DNA of 64,000 nucleotides from an uncultured Bacteroidales bacterium (GTDB lineage Bacteria; Bacteroidota; Bacteroidia; Bacteroidales; JBBRXJ01): NCBI GenBank assembly GCA_964345135.1, contig CAYFQI010000001.1, positions 3,851 to 67,850 of the forward strand, read 5' to 3'. Shown piece by piece: positions 61,027 to 64,000 of this stretch (position 1 is its first letter; each line of letters starts with the position of its first letter). The notes under the pieces were generated by a model. It saw only the letters and a program-made list of their open reading frames with translations, ran no database searches and was not told where the DNA came from. The position numbers and the translations under genes were made by a program.

Positions 61027-64000
61027 TTATTGATACCGTTTTTTTGCCGTATTAACAATTTGTTCAATGATAGCATCTATTTCATCCCACCCGATGTCAA
61101 CGTTGTGCCTGCTTTTTATAGTAAAAAGTAAATCTTCAATTTCCTGGCTCATATGATTTATCACGTCTTCTTTGTATTGCCAGTCTACCACACGGTGTTT
61201 GGATATGATCTTATCAATGGCCAATCCTGCTTTTGCTGATATCTCTTCGTGTTTTCCGGATGGGAGTTTGGCATGCAATATATCCAATACAATACCATAA
61301 AAAGCTTTGGCATGCAAGTTATCTTCGATGATTTCCGGGCTGTCATCATCGGTATGATTTTGAACTGATTCCATAACATGTGTCACTTTTTGGAGGTATT
61401 GATGATCGGATATCTGTTTTTGTTTCCATGCTTCAATGGTTTCTTTGATCATATTGGAGATTTTTTTGTAAAATCCCGGGTCTTCATCTATTTTCTCTGC
61501 GATGGTTTTCGATGTTCGCGAAGCAATGCGGTCAGCTTTCGCTGCAGGGACTTTTACTGTTTCAACTTCTCGTGCAAATTTCTCTTTTTCAAAAATATTT
61601 ACCTGGTCAGTTAAATCTACTATATCACCGGGTGTTACATGGACATCAACAAGTTTTTGAATTTGTTTTTCATATTGTTTGTAATTTATTTCATCCGAAT
61701 ATCTTGCTTTTACAGAAGCCCGCAGTTTCATGAAAAATGTTAAATCGTCTTTATACGTTTTGATTTGGTGTTTTGTATTTGCTTTGGTAAACTCGAATGA
61801 TGCCAAAGCGATGCGCAGTGATCGGGTGTATAATGACAAGCGGTCGTAAAAATCATCACGTGTTGCTTTATTTTCCAAAAATCGTTCAAGCAGTTCTGTG
61901 TCGTTTTTGTTTTCCAGAGATTTAAATAGACTCCATAATTGTGAGTGGTATTTAGGTAGTTTATTGATTTCTTCTCGTATGTTCAATAGTGTGTCCCGGA
62001 TGTCTTCTTCATCATATTCGGAAAGTAAACCATTATACATATTTATGGCTTTGTCCAGATTGCCCAGGACACCATAATAATCAATGATAAACCCAAAATC
62101 TTTGCCTTCGCATACCCGGTTTACCCGTGCAATAGCTTGTAATAAGGCATGTTCTTTGAGAGCCCGGGTAATGAAAAGCACAATATTATGAGGCTCGTCA
62201 AAACCGGTTAACAGCTTATCTATTACAATGATGATTTCTGGATGCGGTTCATGTTTAAATTGGCGAATGATTTCACGGTTGTATGTTTTTTCATTTGAAT
62301 ACCGTTCCATCATTTGTTTCCAGAAATTTACAACTGGTTTTGCTGGTGACAGATATTGCTCTTCGGCTTCGCGCATGTCCGGGCTTGATATAAGCACTTC
62401 GGTTGTCACCTTGCCGATTTCGTCCATGTATTGCTTGTATTTTAATGCTGCTGCTTTGGACGGCACGGTCAACTGGCCTTTAAAACCCGTGTGTTGCCAG
62501 TTTTTTTCAAATTGCCTGCTGATGTCCCAGGCGATCCGGTAAATTTTTTGATCTCCAATATTCAACTGGTCGGCCCGGCTAAACTTCTTTTTCATATCTG
62601 CCCGTTGATATTCTGTAAGAGGTTCTGAAACCATGTTGAAATACGTGTCAATGGATGAATGATTAACATCCTGTACTACATGCCTGCCTTCATATAAAAG
62701 TGGCACGATTGCTTTATCTTCCACTGCCTGTTTTATGGTATAAGGCGTTGAAATGATGCCCCCGAACTTGTTTACCGTGTTTTTGTATTTCTTTTTAACG
62801 GGTGTGCCTGTAAAACCCAAATAACAAACATTTGGAAATACCCGCTGCATGTTGGTATTGGATTCGCCATATTCACTGCGATGACTTTCATCTACTAACA
62901 TGAAAATATCATGCGAAGGGTTGCTTCCTGTTCCTCTTTTGACTGCTGTCTCGAACTTATTGATCACCGTGGTAATAATGTCTGCTGATTTTGAATTAAT
63001 CAGGCGAATCAATTCTTTCCCGGTACGGGCCTGCTTCACTTGTTTATCGTGGTTTTTAAACGTCCTGGTAATCTGGTCATCCAGGTCAACCCGGTCTGTT
63101 ACAATCACTATGGTGGGATTGTTGATTTCCGGATCCAGTGCCAGCGATTTGGCCATCAGCACCATGGTCAGTGATTTACCACTGCCCTGGGTGTGCCATA
63201 ATACACCTCCCTTGCGGCGGCCATTTTCAATGCGTTTTACCCGTGCAAGTGTATTTTTTACAGTAAAATATTGTTGGTACCTGGCTATCTTCTTCAGTCC
63301 GGCATCATGCAAAATAAATTTCCATGTAAGTTCCATTAACCGTTCAGGCCTGCATACGTGATACAGCAATTGATCTTGTAAGGTAACCGTGGCACGTGAA
63401 TGTTCTTTTTGATGAATATATTTGTTTACATTTTTAAACCGGCCTGTAAAAAGCTGTTCTTTTCGCATTTTTGTCAGGGGCTTGTTCACGAGTTTTTCCA
63501 GGGTTTTGTCTTGTTCTTTTTCTTCTTTCCAGTATGCCCACCATTCTTTGGGTGTGCCGGTGGTGGCATATTTGGCATCGTTAGAGCAAAGGCTCACAAG
63601 TATTTGGGCATAAATGTAGAGGTGTGGAATGGCATCTGGTTGTTGGTTTCGCAAATGTTGGTTTACGGCTATGTCCACAGGTTTGTCATGATTGGCATTA
63701 TTCACGCCGGGGCTTTTGCACTCGATGACACAAAATGGAATGCCATTGATAAAGAGTACAATATCTGGCCTGTAGATATTGGTGTTGCCGAGACATTGTA
63801 CGGTTAGCTCCGGGGCCACGTGATAAGTATTGTTTCCTGGGTGTTCCCAGTCAATATACCGGAGAGTGTAACTTTTTGTTTCGTCTTTTATAGTTTCTTC
63901 AAAGCTTTTGCCAAGGGTGAGGAGGTTGTATGCTTTTTCACTGGTTTTATACAATCCTTCTTTCAATGAAAAGTTTTTCACTGCTTGAATGGCACCGGCA
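61027..64000 (-). CDS. hsdR: type I restriction endonuclease R subunit (HsdR); 5' end runs off the window
   Basis: The tracked start at 63981 is a GTG inside a frame that stays open to 64000 (...AGAIQAVKNFSL). The PD-(D/E)xK nuclease motif is RPDIVLFINGIPFCVIECKSPG. Helicase motif I is HTQGSGKSLTMV, motif II is MLVDESHRS, motif III is GFTGTP and motif VI is LQAIARVNR. Confidence 0.9.
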   Translation of the reverse strand, partial: AGAIQAVKNFSLKEGLYKTSEKAYNLLTLGKSFEETIKDETKSYTLRYIDWEHPGNNTYHVAPELTVQCLGNTNIYRPDIVLFINGIPFCVIECKSPGVNNANHDKPVDIAVNQHLRNQQPDAIPHLYIYAQILVSLCSNDAKYATTGTPKEWWAYWKEEKEQDKTLEKLVNKPLTKMRKEQLFTGRFKNVNKYIHQKEHSRATVTLQDQLLYHVCRPERLMELTWKFILHDAGLKKIARYQQYFTVKNTLARVKRIENGRRKGGVLWHTQGSGKSLTMVLMAKSLALDPEINNPTIVIVTDRVDLDDQITRTFKNHDKQVKQARTGKELIRLINSKSADIITTVINKFETAVKRGTGSNPSHDIFMLVDESHRSEYGESNTNMQRVFPNVCYLGFTGTPVKKKYKNTVNKFGGIISTPYTIKQAVEDKAIVPLLYEGRHVVQDVNHSSIDTYFNMVSEPLTEYQRADMKKKFSRADQLNIGDQKIYRIAWDISRQFEKNWQHTGFKGQLTVPSKAAALKYKQYMDEIGKVTTEVLISSPDMREAEEQYLSPAKPVVNFWKQMMERYSNEKTYNREIIRQFKHEPHPEIIIVIDKLLTGFDEPHNIVLFITRALKEHALLQAIARVNRVCEGKDFGFIIDYYGVLGNLDKAINMYNGLLSEYDEEDIRDTLLNIREEINKLPKYHSQLWSLFKSLENKNDTELLERFLENKATRDDFYDRLSLYTRSLRIALASFEFTKANTKHQIKTYKDDLTFFMKLRASVKARYSDEINYKQYEKQIQKLVDVHVTPGDIVDLTDQVNIFEKEKFAREVETVKVPAAKADRIASRTSKTIAEKIDEDPGFYKKISNMIKETIEAWKQKQISDHQYLQKVTHVMESVQNHTDDDSPEIIEDNLHAKAFYGIVLDILHAKLPSGKHEEISAKAGLAIDKIISKHRVVDWQYKEDVINHMSQEIEDLLFTIKSRHNVDIGWDEIDAIIEQIVNTAKKRYQ

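Noticed and set aside
1-64000. tRNA/rRNA genes, riboswitches, transposases, integrases, phage structural modules
   Set aside because: Intergenic regions were scanned by eye for tRNA T-arm/GTTCGAATC-like motifs and for IS/integrase-type ORFs, and none was found. The tail-collar genes are not accompanied by any other phage gene.

Overview
This 64 kb window is AT-rich and looks like a Bacteroidota chromosome. Supporting signs are one clear T9SS type-A C-terminal sorting domain, an OmpH/Skp gene, SprB-type repeats and a TTTG/TAnnTTTG promoter-like motif. Every gene is on the minus strand except one decayed plus-strand locus at 59.2-60.5 kb. There are four blocks. (i) 1-38415 is an island of five giant Sec-signal proteins. 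They are >2240 aa (cut by the window edge), 1570, 1985, 1915 and 2902 aa. They are interleaved with three tandem phage-tail-collar paralogs, an OmpH/Skp chaperone, small lipoprotein-like genes and two related ~140-aa secreted proteins. The stretch 29124->1 is an 11-gene, translationally coupled operon. It combines an SpvB/TcB-like N-domain protein, a protein with an RHS-associated N-domain, and an LRR-PKD-YD/RHS protein. (ii) 38.4-47.1 kb holds a secreted helical protein, a Prc/S41 protease, an SMP-30-type beta-propeller with a T9SS CTD, and an APC permease with regulatory domains. It is punctuated by a dispersed ~95-bp repeat family and other short repeats. (iii) 47.1-59.1 kb is a complete type II secretion / type IV filament-like cluster: GspG-like pilin, prepilin peptidase, GspE, secretin, GspL/M-like proteins, minor pseudopilins and GspF, plus unusual accessory lipoproteins. 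(iv) 59.2-64 kb holds a frameshifted beta-helix/InlB-B-repeat gene relic, a small acidic ORF, and a type I restriction HsdR cut by the window edge. I recognised no rRNA, tRNA, CRISPR array, transposase or integrase. All domain calls come from reading motifs in the translations. No searches were run, so family names are hypotheses to confirm with HMM or structure searches.
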